From Octopus bimaculoides (Eukaryota): a DNA stretch of 60,623 nt. Made by a program: the position numbers and the translations under genes. The notes under the pieces were generated by a model that searched no databases, was not told where the DNA came from, and saw nothing but the letters and a program-made list of their open reading frames with translations. The stretch is from NCBI RefSeq assembly GCF_001194135.2, contig NC_068995.1:55579764-55640386 (forward strand), written 5' to 3'. Below are positions 1 through 10,113 of the stretch, in pieces. The number at the start of each line of letters is the position of its first letter. Within the stretch, counting starts at the first letter, position 1.

Positions 1-93
1 ATATATATATATATATGTATGTATATATTCATACAAACACACATAGAAATACACATATATACACATGTGCCTATATATGTATATACATATATC

Positions 94-94
<1 letters not shown>

Positions 95-166
<72 letters not shown>
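95..166 (+). repeat. (AGT)n microsatellite
   Basis: Perfect run. Similar runs at 20161-20250 (followed by (GGT)n) and 37671-37748. Confidence 0.98.
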
Positions 167-779
167 TTATCTGTTTATTTGTCATTCCTTTTCGTACCGA
201 AGCGTTCATGGGAAGAGGGGAACGTTAAAAATGAAAAGAGAAATAAATTATAAAACAATATTTTCCGCACATGCGCAAACGCAAAGTTACTGATAAACCC
301 TGTAAAATTTCTCTCCATTCCTGTTATCGGAATTCGCATTCTTTGGCTTGTAAGGGACGCACAGAAGCAAAAAACTTTTCTTCTTCTTCATATGATTATT
401 GCTATCACTATTATTGCTATTATTAGTAGTATTATAGATTTATAGATATATTTTGTGGCTTTGTTATATATTAATAACATTAAATATCACAAAAGATATT
501 AAAAAAGGTGAAAACAATTTTTCCAGAAATTTAGTCAACCATCTTCCTCATCACCCAGAAACGTATCCAGTTCATCATGACAGTCGTCACCATCGTCAGC
601 ATTTTCGACTTTATATTAATTTACATTGTTATGTTAGCACAACGAAACACTCTCCTCCTCACAGCAGTATTATAAATATCATCTCTCCTAGCCAAACTCA
701 TCAAAAACATCATCATTTTTATCATCGATATATTGATCAGTAATAACATCCATATGATCATCCATATTATCGACGTAAC

Positions 780-836
780 TATATATACATAGAAATGTGC
801 TCGTATGCATGTATATGTAAACACACACACACACAC

Positions 837-934
<98 letters not shown>

Positions 935-1048
935 ATATACTTTAACATGTTTTCTACAGACACAAGTTGAGTTTTCCTAAATACATATATGTATGCGTGT
1001 GTGTGTATCTGTGTATACAGCATACATATATATATTATGTATTATATA

Positions 1049-1088
<40 letters not shown>

Positions 1089-1178
1089 TATATATATATA
1101 CATATATATATATACATACATATGTATATGCATATATTTATGTGAGTGTGTGTATATAAAACATACATATATATGTAC

Positions 1179-1228
<50 letters not shown>

Positions 1229-1340
1229 GTATGTATGCATATATGTATGTAGGTATGTATGTATGCATGTATATATATATAAATATATACACGCATATAT
1301 TTGTGTGCTTGTGTGTGTGTATACGTGTGTGCGTGTGTGC
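780..1340 (+). repeat. Compound (TA)/(TG)/(TATG) microsatellite field
   Basis: Directly visible. Similar fields at 1800-1970, 17960-18280, 29843-29995 and 46330-46470. Confidence 0.95.
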
Positions 1341-1970
1341 TTCGCTATCTTACAAATCACGGAATAAATTTCATAAATTTCCTGACATTTACATTCTGTT
1401 TATTGTCGTTAAGTAAGATGACTTCATAAAATGTATAAAATTTATGTAATCAAGATAAATAGCTGTTAATATGATTATATTTTTAATTATTTGTTTATTG
1501 CGTGCGAAATCGCAAAAGAAATATTTAAAATTTCCCTCCATATTTAATATTTATTTTGTTACAAGCTTAAATATTACACCTAAAGAATTTCTTTAATGCT
1601 ACCAAGTACAGAACAGAATGGTTTTGTAAGTGTAATACACGACAAAACTGCAAAACAGGAATTATGGAAGTAAACAGCTTTGGGGTTGTCCATGCTTAAA
1701 TATACATAAGTAATTCGTTCATTCTATGCGTTTAGTTTTAACAAATTTTCGAAATGCTCTTCCCTTTCTGTATGTAGGATTTAAATACATATTCTACAAG
1801 CACGCATGCTCATACACTCACACACATATACTCACACACGCACACAAACACATACATATGCATGTATGTATGTATGTATGCATGCATGCATGTATGTGTG
1901 TATGTAGCATGTGTATATGTATGTAGCATATGTATATGTGTGTATGTATATATATATATATATATATATA

Positions 1971-2864
1971 NNNNNNNNNNNNNNNNNNNNNNNNNNNNNN
2001 NNNNNNNNNNNNNNNNNNNNNNNNNNNNNNNNNNNNNNNNNNNNNNNNNNNNNNNNNNNNNNNNNNNNNNNNNNNNNNNNNNNNNNNNNNNNNNNNNNNN
2101 NNNNNNNNNNNNNNNNNNNNNNNNNNNNNNNNNNNNNNNNNNNNNNNNNNNNNNNNNNNNNNNNNNNNNNNNNNNNNNNNNNNNNNNNNNNNNNNNNNNN
2201 NNNNNNNNNNNNNNNNNNNNNNNNNNNNNNNNNNNNNNNNNNNNNNNNNNNNNNNNNNNNNNNNNNNNNNNNNNNNNNNNNNNNNNNNNNNNNNNNNNNN
2301 NNNNNNNNNNNNNNNNNNNNNNNNNNNNNNNNNNNNNNNNNNNNNNNNNNNNNNNNNNNNNNNNNNNNNNNNNNNNNNNNNNNNNNNNNNNNNNNNNNNN
2401 NNNNNNNNNNNNNNNNNNNNNNNNNNNNNNNNNNNNNNNNNNNNNNNNNNNNNNNNNNNNNNNNNNNNNNNNNNNNNNNNNNNNNNNNNNNNNNNNNNNN
2501 NNNNNNNNNNNNNNNNNNNNNNNNNNNNNNNNNNNNNNNNNNNNNNNNNNNNNNNNNNNNNNNNNNNNNNNNNNNNNNNNNNNNNNNNNNNNNNNNNNNN
2601 NNNNNNNNNNNNNNNNNNNNNNNNNNNNNNNNNNNNNNNNNNNNNNNNNNNNNNNNNNNNNNNNNNNNNNNNNNNNNNNNNNNNNNNNNNNNNNNNNNNN
2701 NNNNNNNNNNNNNNNNNNNNNNNNNNNNNNNNNNNNNNNNNNNNNNNNNNNNNNNNNNNNNNNNNNNNNNNNNNNNNNNNNNNNNNNNNNNNNNNNNNNN
2801 NNNNNNNNNNNNNNNNNNNNNNNNNNNNNNNNNNNNNNNNNNNNNNNNNNNNNNNNNNNNNNNN
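1971..2864. other. Assembly gap (one of about 15)
   Basis: N-run. Other large gaps: 3917-4809, 13220-13516, 20487-21347, 27606-28074, 31260-31676, 37878-38012 and 54244-54904. Many abut (TA)n. Confidence 1.
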
Positions 2865-2904
<40 letters not shown>

Positions 2905-5900
2905 CCTGTATGCTCATGCAATGACTGATCATACCGGATGAGCTGAATATCAGAGGCAAAAGAAAAACTCATGTATGTACACATTATATAACAAGATTCT
3001 TTACTGCACCGATGCACGCTTTCCAGAGTCTTAATCTGTAAGAGACAGTTTAGCATTTAAAAAAAGTGCAGTACAACATGAAATCACAATGCAAAACATT
3101 GTAACCATTCAACAACCGTTTAGGTAAAAATTAGAGGATTTTTGCAGTGTTTCGTATCCTTATATTTTGAATTTTTATTTTTATTTTTATTTTTTATTAT
3201 TTTTTTTTTGTTATTTGTTTTTGATGAGTCACAACTAGAGAGAATAAGAGAAAAAGAAAAAAAGAGAGAGAGCGTTTGGAAGAAATTAACATTATACATT
3301 TTTTTCTCAGTATTTTAACATTGAAAGACTTAAACCAATTGATTCCGCCGATTTTTTTTTTTTTTNNNNNNNNNNTATATATATATATACATGTATGTAC
3401 ATATATGTATACGTATATATATATGCATACATATCTATGTATGTATAAACACACACATACATATATGTGTGTAAGTGTACATGCGCACATCCATATATCC
3501 ATACGATGGATTCCTCTGAATTTACGACTTTTTTTTATTTTGCACAAAATACGTAATTTCCATAATGTCAGTTTTATGTTTTAGTTTTATTCTATACAAA
3601 CATATCATTAATAAATTACATATTTATAATCGCTGCTTATTCACTCGTATCATTATTTTTATCGCTTTTATTAAAATTATAATTATCATTATTGTTTTAC
3701 TTCTCAAAACGTTCGATCTTGTTTGTTCTGGTAGATTCTGTGACAGCGAACAGAAGCCTACTGTCAGAGATCTCACAGGGTCTCTTTCTGCACATTATAA
3801 GCTTCGATACTCGGTCATTAATTATCGTATGATTATTATTAATATTATTAATATCATTATTAGGTATCTAACTCCTTAATGTATATATTGAATTATATAT
3901 ATATATATATATATATNNNNNNNNNNNNNNNNNNNNNNNNNNNNNNNNNNNNNNNNNNNNNNNNNNNNNNNNNNNNNNNNNNNNNNNNNNNNNNNNNNNN
4001 NNNNNNNNNNNNNNNNNNNNNNNNNNNNNNNNNNNNNNNNNNNNNNNNNNNNNNNNNNNNNNNNNNNNNNNNNNNNNNNNNNNNNNNNNNNNNNNNNNNN
4101 NNNNNNNNNNNNNNNNNNNNNNNNNNNNNNNNNNNNNNNNNNNNNNNNNNNNNNNNNNNNNNNNNNNNNNNNNNNNNNNNNNNNNNNNNNNNNNNNNNNN
4201 NNNNNNNNNNNNNNNNNNNNNNNNNNNNNNNNNNNNNNNNNNNNNNNNNNNNNNNNNNNNNNNNNNNNNNNNNNNNNNNNNNNNNNNNNNNNNNNNNNNN
4301 NNNNNNNNNNNNNNNNNNNNNNNNNNNNNNNNNNNNNNNNNNNNNNNNNNNNNNNNNNNNNNNNNNNNNNNNNNNNNNNNNNNNNNNNNNNNNNNNNNNN
4401 NNNNNNNNNNNNNNNNNNNNNNNNNNNNNNNNNNNNNNNNNNNNNNNNNNNNNNNNNNNNNNNNNNNNNNNNNNNNNNNNNNNNNNNNNNNNNNNNNNNN
4501 NNNNNNNNNNNNNNNNNNNNNNNNNNNNNNNNNNNNNNNNNNNNNNNNNNNNNNNNNNNNNNNNNNNNNNNNNNNNNNNNNNNNNNNNNNNNNNNNNNNN
4601 NNNNNNNNNNNNNNNNNNNNNNNNNNNNNNNNNNNNNNNNNNNNNNNNNNNNNNNNNNNNNNNNNNNNNNNNNNNNNNNNNNNNNNNNNNNNNNNNNNNN
4701 NNNNNNNNNNNNNNNNNNNNNNNNNNNNNNNNNNNNNNNNNNNNNNNNNNNNNNNNNNNNNNNNNNNNNNNNNNNNNNNNNNNNNNNNNNNNNNNNNNNN
4801 NNNNNNNNNTATATATATATAGTCTTCATGTATATTTATGATTTATTTCTTTCCTGTTTGAATAATCCTTCGTTTATATAATCCTTTTAATTATGAGATG
4901 TCATGCTTTACTTAAAGTTGTTGTTGTTGCTGTTAATATTTTTAACATTCGATATTTTGATGCCATAATTCAACGAAGATTTATAATTATTGTGAAGGAA
5001 ATGTATAGGAAATTCAACACATACATAAATTCATTTAAGTATAGATGTATATACATATATAAATATTTATGCGTGTGTGTGTGTGTGTGTGCATATATGT
5101 ATAAAATCATATTTGAATACATATTTCATTATGTGTGTATGCATGCATGTTGTATGTATGTATGTGTATATATATACGTATATACACCTTTACGTTCTCT
5201 TTGAGCATATTTGTATGTATGCGCATATATATATATATAAACACAAATAAATCTGGGTAAGCGGTAATTCGAATCAGTGAATCAGTGTTAAGAATTTCAG
5301 GAGAACTATTTCAATTTTTCTGGACTAAGGATTTCATTTCTTGCTCTTTGTTAGCAATTCCGTTGAAAGATTTGTGGATGTTGTTCATGGTAGTTTTCTG
5401 TGGTTCTTAAAAACAATTATTACACACACTCCATATATATATATTTGTATACCATTTTTTTTTTTTTTTTTGGCTATGTTTTGCATTCCAAAGCAACAAC
5501 TCTTTCAGCAATACTAGAATAGTTACTGTCATTGTTTTTTCAGACAAATGGGTTACACATAAGCACAAAACTGCCACCAACTTGACATATGAGTGTAAAA
5601 TACTTTAGTACTACAAGTGTAGTTATTACAAAATAAACCGAATGACTTACGTTCAGCTTTCGGATGACTTTGGATGATATTCATTCATATTTTTGTTGTT
5701 TCTGTTGTTATTTTTCTATTGAATCATGCAAGGCTGTCCGTGTCATTGCTGTTTTTGTTGTGCTTGTTGTTAATCAGCATTAGAACTTGTGTTTCATAAG
5801 CATTATTCCGGCTGGTTGATTTTGTTAATAATTCATATGCAATGTTACTATCATTTTTATATTATGTATTTATATTATGTTCCTGTGATCGCAGTTCTTC

Positions 5901-5917
5901 ATATTAGAATTTTTATC

Positions 5918-5989
<72 letters not shown>

Positions 5990-6471
5990 GCGCTTTGTTC
6001 TTTTGTTTCTTTTTTTTTTTTGGTAAATAACCTCTAAATTTTTTTCCGATGTAATTACATTTACTTAAACATCAATACGTTTTGGTTTTGTTCACGTTGT
6101 TGTTGTTGTTGTTGTTATAATAGTTAATGTCATTCTTATCGCTGATGTTGTTGAAACAGTAAAAGTAAAAACAATACCCATTTTGCTGCAATGTCAGCAC
6201 CTTTCCTGCTGCACGTGTTGCTGCTTGTCTGTTGCTATTGTTATAGTTGTTGTTGTTGTTGGCGTTATTTAAAATGGCTTTAAATAATGGATTCTATTGT
6301 ACATTAAAACATTGCTGTTGCTGTCGTTATATTATCTCTTGATAGCATCAACAGCAATTATCTATGCGCTTATTTGTTCTTGCTACTGTTTCAAATGTCG
6401 CTGTTAATTTAATCCAATTGCCGTTTAACATTCTGTTAATATCCTGATGTTGCTGCTGGTGATATATATAA

Positions 6472-6506
<35 letters not shown>

Positions 6507-6730
6507 TGTATGTATGTATGTATGTATGTACGTATGTATGTATGTATGTATGTATGTATGCATGATAATAGTTGTGGAATGTTAATGCTTTCCAAGAAAT
6601 GAAATCATATTTTCAAGTTAAAGTCTCTCAGCGGATTTTTCCTCTCCATTTTTTTTATTTTCTCCTTGCTTTGTCTCCTTGTTTATCTTTAGTGTTACTT
6701 AATTTCCCATTCTGTCACCAGCATTACCCT

Positions 6731-6736
6731 TTTATT
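6731..6736 (-). terminator. Candidate polyadenylation signal (AATAAA) of the TRIM-like gene
   Basis: AATAAA on the minus strand about 140 nt after the TAA and about 25 nt after the extension TAG; a second one lies at 6654-6659. The hexamer is common in AT-rich DNA. Confidence 0.4.
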
Positions 6737-6876
6737 TGCTTGTTTTAATTTCCATGTATCTAATCTTCATCTTCACTTCTATCTGTTTCTTCCTCCGACA
6801 AAACTTCTTCGTCTTCCGTTGTTGTTGTTTTCGGCACTGATTTCTTTTTTTTTGTCTCTCTCTCTGCCTCTTTCTC

Positions 6877-8853
6877 TTATACCACAGTTTCATTTGGGTT
6901 ATGCTCAATAGAACTGCTCTCTTGAATGTAATATAGTCGTCCCGTATCCCTAACCTGCTTGCTAGCCAATTGGATCAGGTTTTTCTCTTGTTGTTTAATC
7001 AGTCTCTTAATTTGGTGCGATGTATGATGAAAATCAAATTCGTCTGCCCTTTCTGTAACTTTGATTTTGTGGTCAACGTCTATAACGTTCTTGCCTTGCA
7101 TGCAGGTGAGTGGAGTTTGGTTGCGGACGATAAGCTTCCCGACTTCGGCTAAACATAACTGTCGGTTGGACACAGAACAGTCCTCCGCGTCAAACTTCAG
7201 CTCGGGGAAGTTCTGCGTGGCCTGAAGATTTTTGTAAGTGCATGGCACGCAAACACACGCAGAGTTAACTTTGCTGTAGAAAGAGGTGACGATCTGGCCG
7301 TGACACAACCTATAAAAGTAGTGGTCGGGCCTGACAGTTGGGCGTTGGTGGTTGACGGAAAGTTTGTTGAATTCTTGAATCACTCTGAGTGTTCCGTGAT
7401 CCTCTTCACACATGTGGCACATACTGGAAGAGAAAGTCATCCCTACACTTCGTGATTGCACCGATTCCTCTTTTAACCGACGGAGGTTGTAGTTGATGCC
7501 GTTAAACTTGCGAACAATGTCGTCGAAATTGGATACAAGCATTACATTGCTTTCATCTTCATCGTCGTAAGCTACTGCAGTGCCATGTATGGGGACATTG
7601 ATTTCGACAGCTTGGTCGCAGACAGGACACTTCAGCTCAGCCTCCCGCGACTTCAGATGCTTCCGAATACAGTTGTGGCATAAGACATGACCACACGGAA
7701 ACGTATCAGGTGTTTTTCCCACTTCAAGACTTTTGTGGTATTCTGTTTCCTTTTTAGAGCTGGCGCCATCGTATTCGCCCATGTCACCATTCTGATGTCC
7801 GTATTTATGTGATGTCTGTTCTGGTTCCGGTTCTGGGTGACTTTCTCTTCGTCGAGGCCGATCGTCACTTTCCTGTCTTTCTGACAGCTGTTGTTTTGAT
7901 CGCTCTTTAGAACGAGGCCGCCGCTGCTGCTGTTTTTCCCGTCGTTGCTGCTGCTGTTGCTGCTGTTGCTGCTGTTGCTGCTGTGCCTCTCGCTGCTGCA
8001 GCTGATCATGTTGACTTGATAGAGAAGACTGTTGGGATAATCTAGACTTTTGGGATGCTCGTTGTGAAGATTTTGAATGTTGTTGCTGTTGCTGTTGCTG
8101 CTGCTGCTGCTGCTGCTGTTGTTGCTGTTGCAACTGCTGCTGCAGCTGCTGCGACTGCTGCGGCTGCTGTAGAGCCCTTTGTTGCAAGGGTCTTGGGGCT
8201 CTTTGCTGCGGCCTTGGAGAAGACCGAGCCGTCAGTGGCCGCTGCTGCTGCTGCTGCTGCAGCTCTGATTGTTGTTGTTGTTGTAGATGCTGCTGGAATT
8301 GAGATTGGAATGGCTTACGTCTTTGTTGCTGTTGTTGTTGCAATTGTTGCAGCTGAGATTGTTGTTGTTGTGGTTGCTGTTGTTGTTGTTGGTGCTGAGA
8401 CGTCTGCTTCGTCACCGAATGCTTTCTTTGTTGAGGCGATCTATGCTGCCTGACATTTTGCGTAGACTGCTGTTGTTTTTGTTTGTTCGACATATGTTGC
8501 TGTTGCCGTTGTTGTCCTTGTTGTTGTTGCTGTTGTTGTTGTTGCTGTTGTTGTTGCTGCAACTGCTGCTGGTGGTGGTGATGCGTGTACATAGGTATCG
8601 ACGTCGAACGGTGAGTCAGCTGTGACTTGTGCTTTTCATGTTTTTGATATTGTTGGTGTTGTTGTCCTTGATGTTCTTGTTGTTGTTGTTCTTCTTCTTC
8701 TTCTTCTTGTCGGGCTGGTAAATGTGACGGTGACGGTGGAGGTGGCTTTTGTTGCTGGTCTTTCTGTGGCTGCTGCTGCTGTTGTGGTTCAGGTGTGCCA
8801 GACACCGTTGAAAGTTCTCTCTCACACCTATTGATCTCTTCGTTGCTGGCCAT
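6877..8853 (-). CDS. Intronless TRIM/RBCC-like protein, 658 aa from the MASNEE ATG: Q-rich N-terminus, degenerate RING, two degenerate B-boxes, coiled coil, no C-terminal domain
   Basis: This is the only long non-microsatellite ORF. RING-like segment YHKSLEVGKTPDTFPCGHVLCHNC..CPVC at 7740-7618; B-box1-like CHMC..H..H at 7419-7321; B-box2-like CHG..FYSKV..CVPC at about 7314-7240; then a helical QIKRLIKQQEKNL segment. The listed start at 8931 is TTG. In-frame ATGs lie at 8880 and 8853, and the latter has a good Kozak context (aacATGG). Confidence 0.85.
   Translation of the reverse strand: MASNEEINRCERELSTVSGTPEPQQQQQPQKDQQQKPPPPSPSHLPARQEEEEEEQQQQEHQGQQHQQYQKHEKHKSQLTHRSTSIPMYTHHHHQQQLQQQQQQQQQQQQQQGQQRQQQHMSNKQKQQQSTQNVRQHRSPQQRKHSVTKQTSQHQQQQQQPQQQQSQLQQLQQQQQQRRKPFQSQFQQHLQQQQQSELQQQQQQRPLTARSSPRPQQRAPRPLQQRALQQPQQSQQLQQQLQQQQQQQQQQQQQQQQQHSKSSQRASQKSRLSQQSSLSSQHDQLQQREAQQQQQQQQQQQQQRREKQQQRRPRSKERSKQQLSERQESDDRPRRRESHPEPEPEQTSHKYGHQNGDMGEYDGASSKKETEYHKSLEVGKTPDTFPCGHVLCHNCIRKHLKSREAELKCPVCDQAVEINVPIHGTAVAYDDEDESNVMLVSNFDDIVRKFNGINYNLRRLKEESVQSRSVGMTFSSSMCHMCEEDHGTLRVIQEFNKLSVNHQRPTVRPDHYFYRLCHGQIVTSFYSKVNSACVCVPCTYKNLQATQNFPELKFDAEDCSVSNRQLCLAEVGKLIVRNQTPLTCMQGKNVIDVDHKIKVTERADEFDFHHTSHQIKRLIKQQEKNLIQLASKQVRDTGRLYYIQESSSIEHNPNETVV
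7925..8790 (-). repeat. Coding CAG/CAA-rich polyglutamine low-complexity region
   Basis: Several mixed CAG/CAA runs, all in the frame of the TRIM-like ORF. Confidence 0.95.
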
Positions 8854-9399
8854 GTTTCCTCCTTTGATCTCTATCAGCATTCGTGGGTCAGAAAACCTTG
8901 GCAAGTGAGACGTCGTTTCTGACCACACCAATCCAATCCAGTCACCCTACACACTTTTCTACTACCTGTCTTGTTGTGCCAACCATACGAGAATAGCTTG
9001 AAAAAATTACTAAATTTACCTGTCCACAGGTAAGTACAATTAGTTACCAGTCATGTGTTACAGACTGCTCGTTAGCAATTTACTCTTAATTTCTCTTTTC
9101 TTTTTCCTTTTCGTGTGATTACTAACAAGTCTGTATGCGTGAAACCTAAATTTTGTTATTGATTTATTTTCACCTTTCATTTGGTTATTAGAGAGTTCCG
9201 TTAAGAGAAATAGAAGCGTGTGTGTGTGTGTCTGTATGTGTGTATGTGTGCATGTACGCGCGCGCGCGTAAAACTGTCAGGAGTTAAATTATATATCAGT
9301 ATACGGTTAGCTTTAGTTTTCTTTCAGCGCTGTTATTTTTTTCGGTTATAAAGTGCATACATAACTGCACTGGATTGAATAATAATAATGCTAGCAGTA

Positions 9400-9443
<44 letters not shown>

Positions 9444-9974
9444 CAATATTTGTAATTTATACTTGATCGGTTAGGCATTGTTCATTCATGTCCATTTTAT
9501 GTACACTAATTTACATGACATTTAATAAGCTTAAAACATTTGACTTGCAGCCCTTTATTAATATATCTATATATATCGTTTCTGTGTACGTGCGTGTGCG
9601 CTTGTGTGTCACCAAGCGTTTTATAACTCTTGTTTCAACTGAAGTTTCGCACGTTTTTCCTCACTTATCCTCAATAATTTTTTTTTTTAACCAGCTGTTG
9701 TACTTGTTGGTTGGCACAATATATGAAAATACAAATCGACGTCAGTTTGTAAATATATATATGAATGTGCGTGTATATATATGTACGTGCGTGTGTATGT
9801 GTTTTCCTATACGTTTAGAGTAATTTCTATGAGTTTATATTAGTTTTACACAGCTACATGTATAAACGCAGTGCGTTTGAGGGGAAAAAGATCTCAAAGC
9901 AATATTCGAAGTCCAGTATTAATTGGGAAATATTATCAGATGAAACATAAACAAATAACTGTTATGATTGCAAC

Positions 9975-10010
<36 letters not shown>

Positions 10011-10055
10011 GCTAAACTATATTTATTAAATAATTAGATTATAAAATTAAATTAA

Positions 10056-10112
<57 letters not shown>
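10056..10112 (+). repeat. (GATA)n microsatellite
   Basis: Perfect run. Others at 27045-27098, 32804-32905 and 45449-45501. Confidence 0.98.

Positions 10113-10113
<1 letters not shown>

Noticed and set aside
453-780. His-rich 96-aa ORF
   Set aside because: Degenerate (CAT)n sequence with a TTG/GTG-type start and no recognisable domain.
15-1926. VVVV, SSSS, YIYI, HTHT, CVCV and LSLS ORFs here and throughout the window
   Set aside because: Translations of microsatellites with no domain content.
1832-2959. Long ORFs containing X runs (also at 3876, 13079, 20407, 27583, 31158, 54232)
   Set aside because: Artefacts of translating N-gaps.
5643-5653. Minus-strand donor AAC|GTAAGT downstream of the TRIM-like gene
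   Set aside because: No matching acceptor or NHL/filamin-like coding sequence was found, so no downstream exon can be supported.
8055-8834. Plus-strand poly-Ala/Leu/Val ORFs resembling membrane proteins
   Set aside because: Antisense shadows of the polyQ codons.
6877-8853. Assigning a gene symbol such as mei-P26, brat, TRIM71 or TRIM2/3
   Set aside because: No C-terminal domain is present and the fingers are too diverged to identify an orthologue by eye.
8881-8931. Listed ORF start at 8931
   Set aside because: It is a TTG; eukaryotic initiation is more plausible at the ATG at 8880 or 8853.
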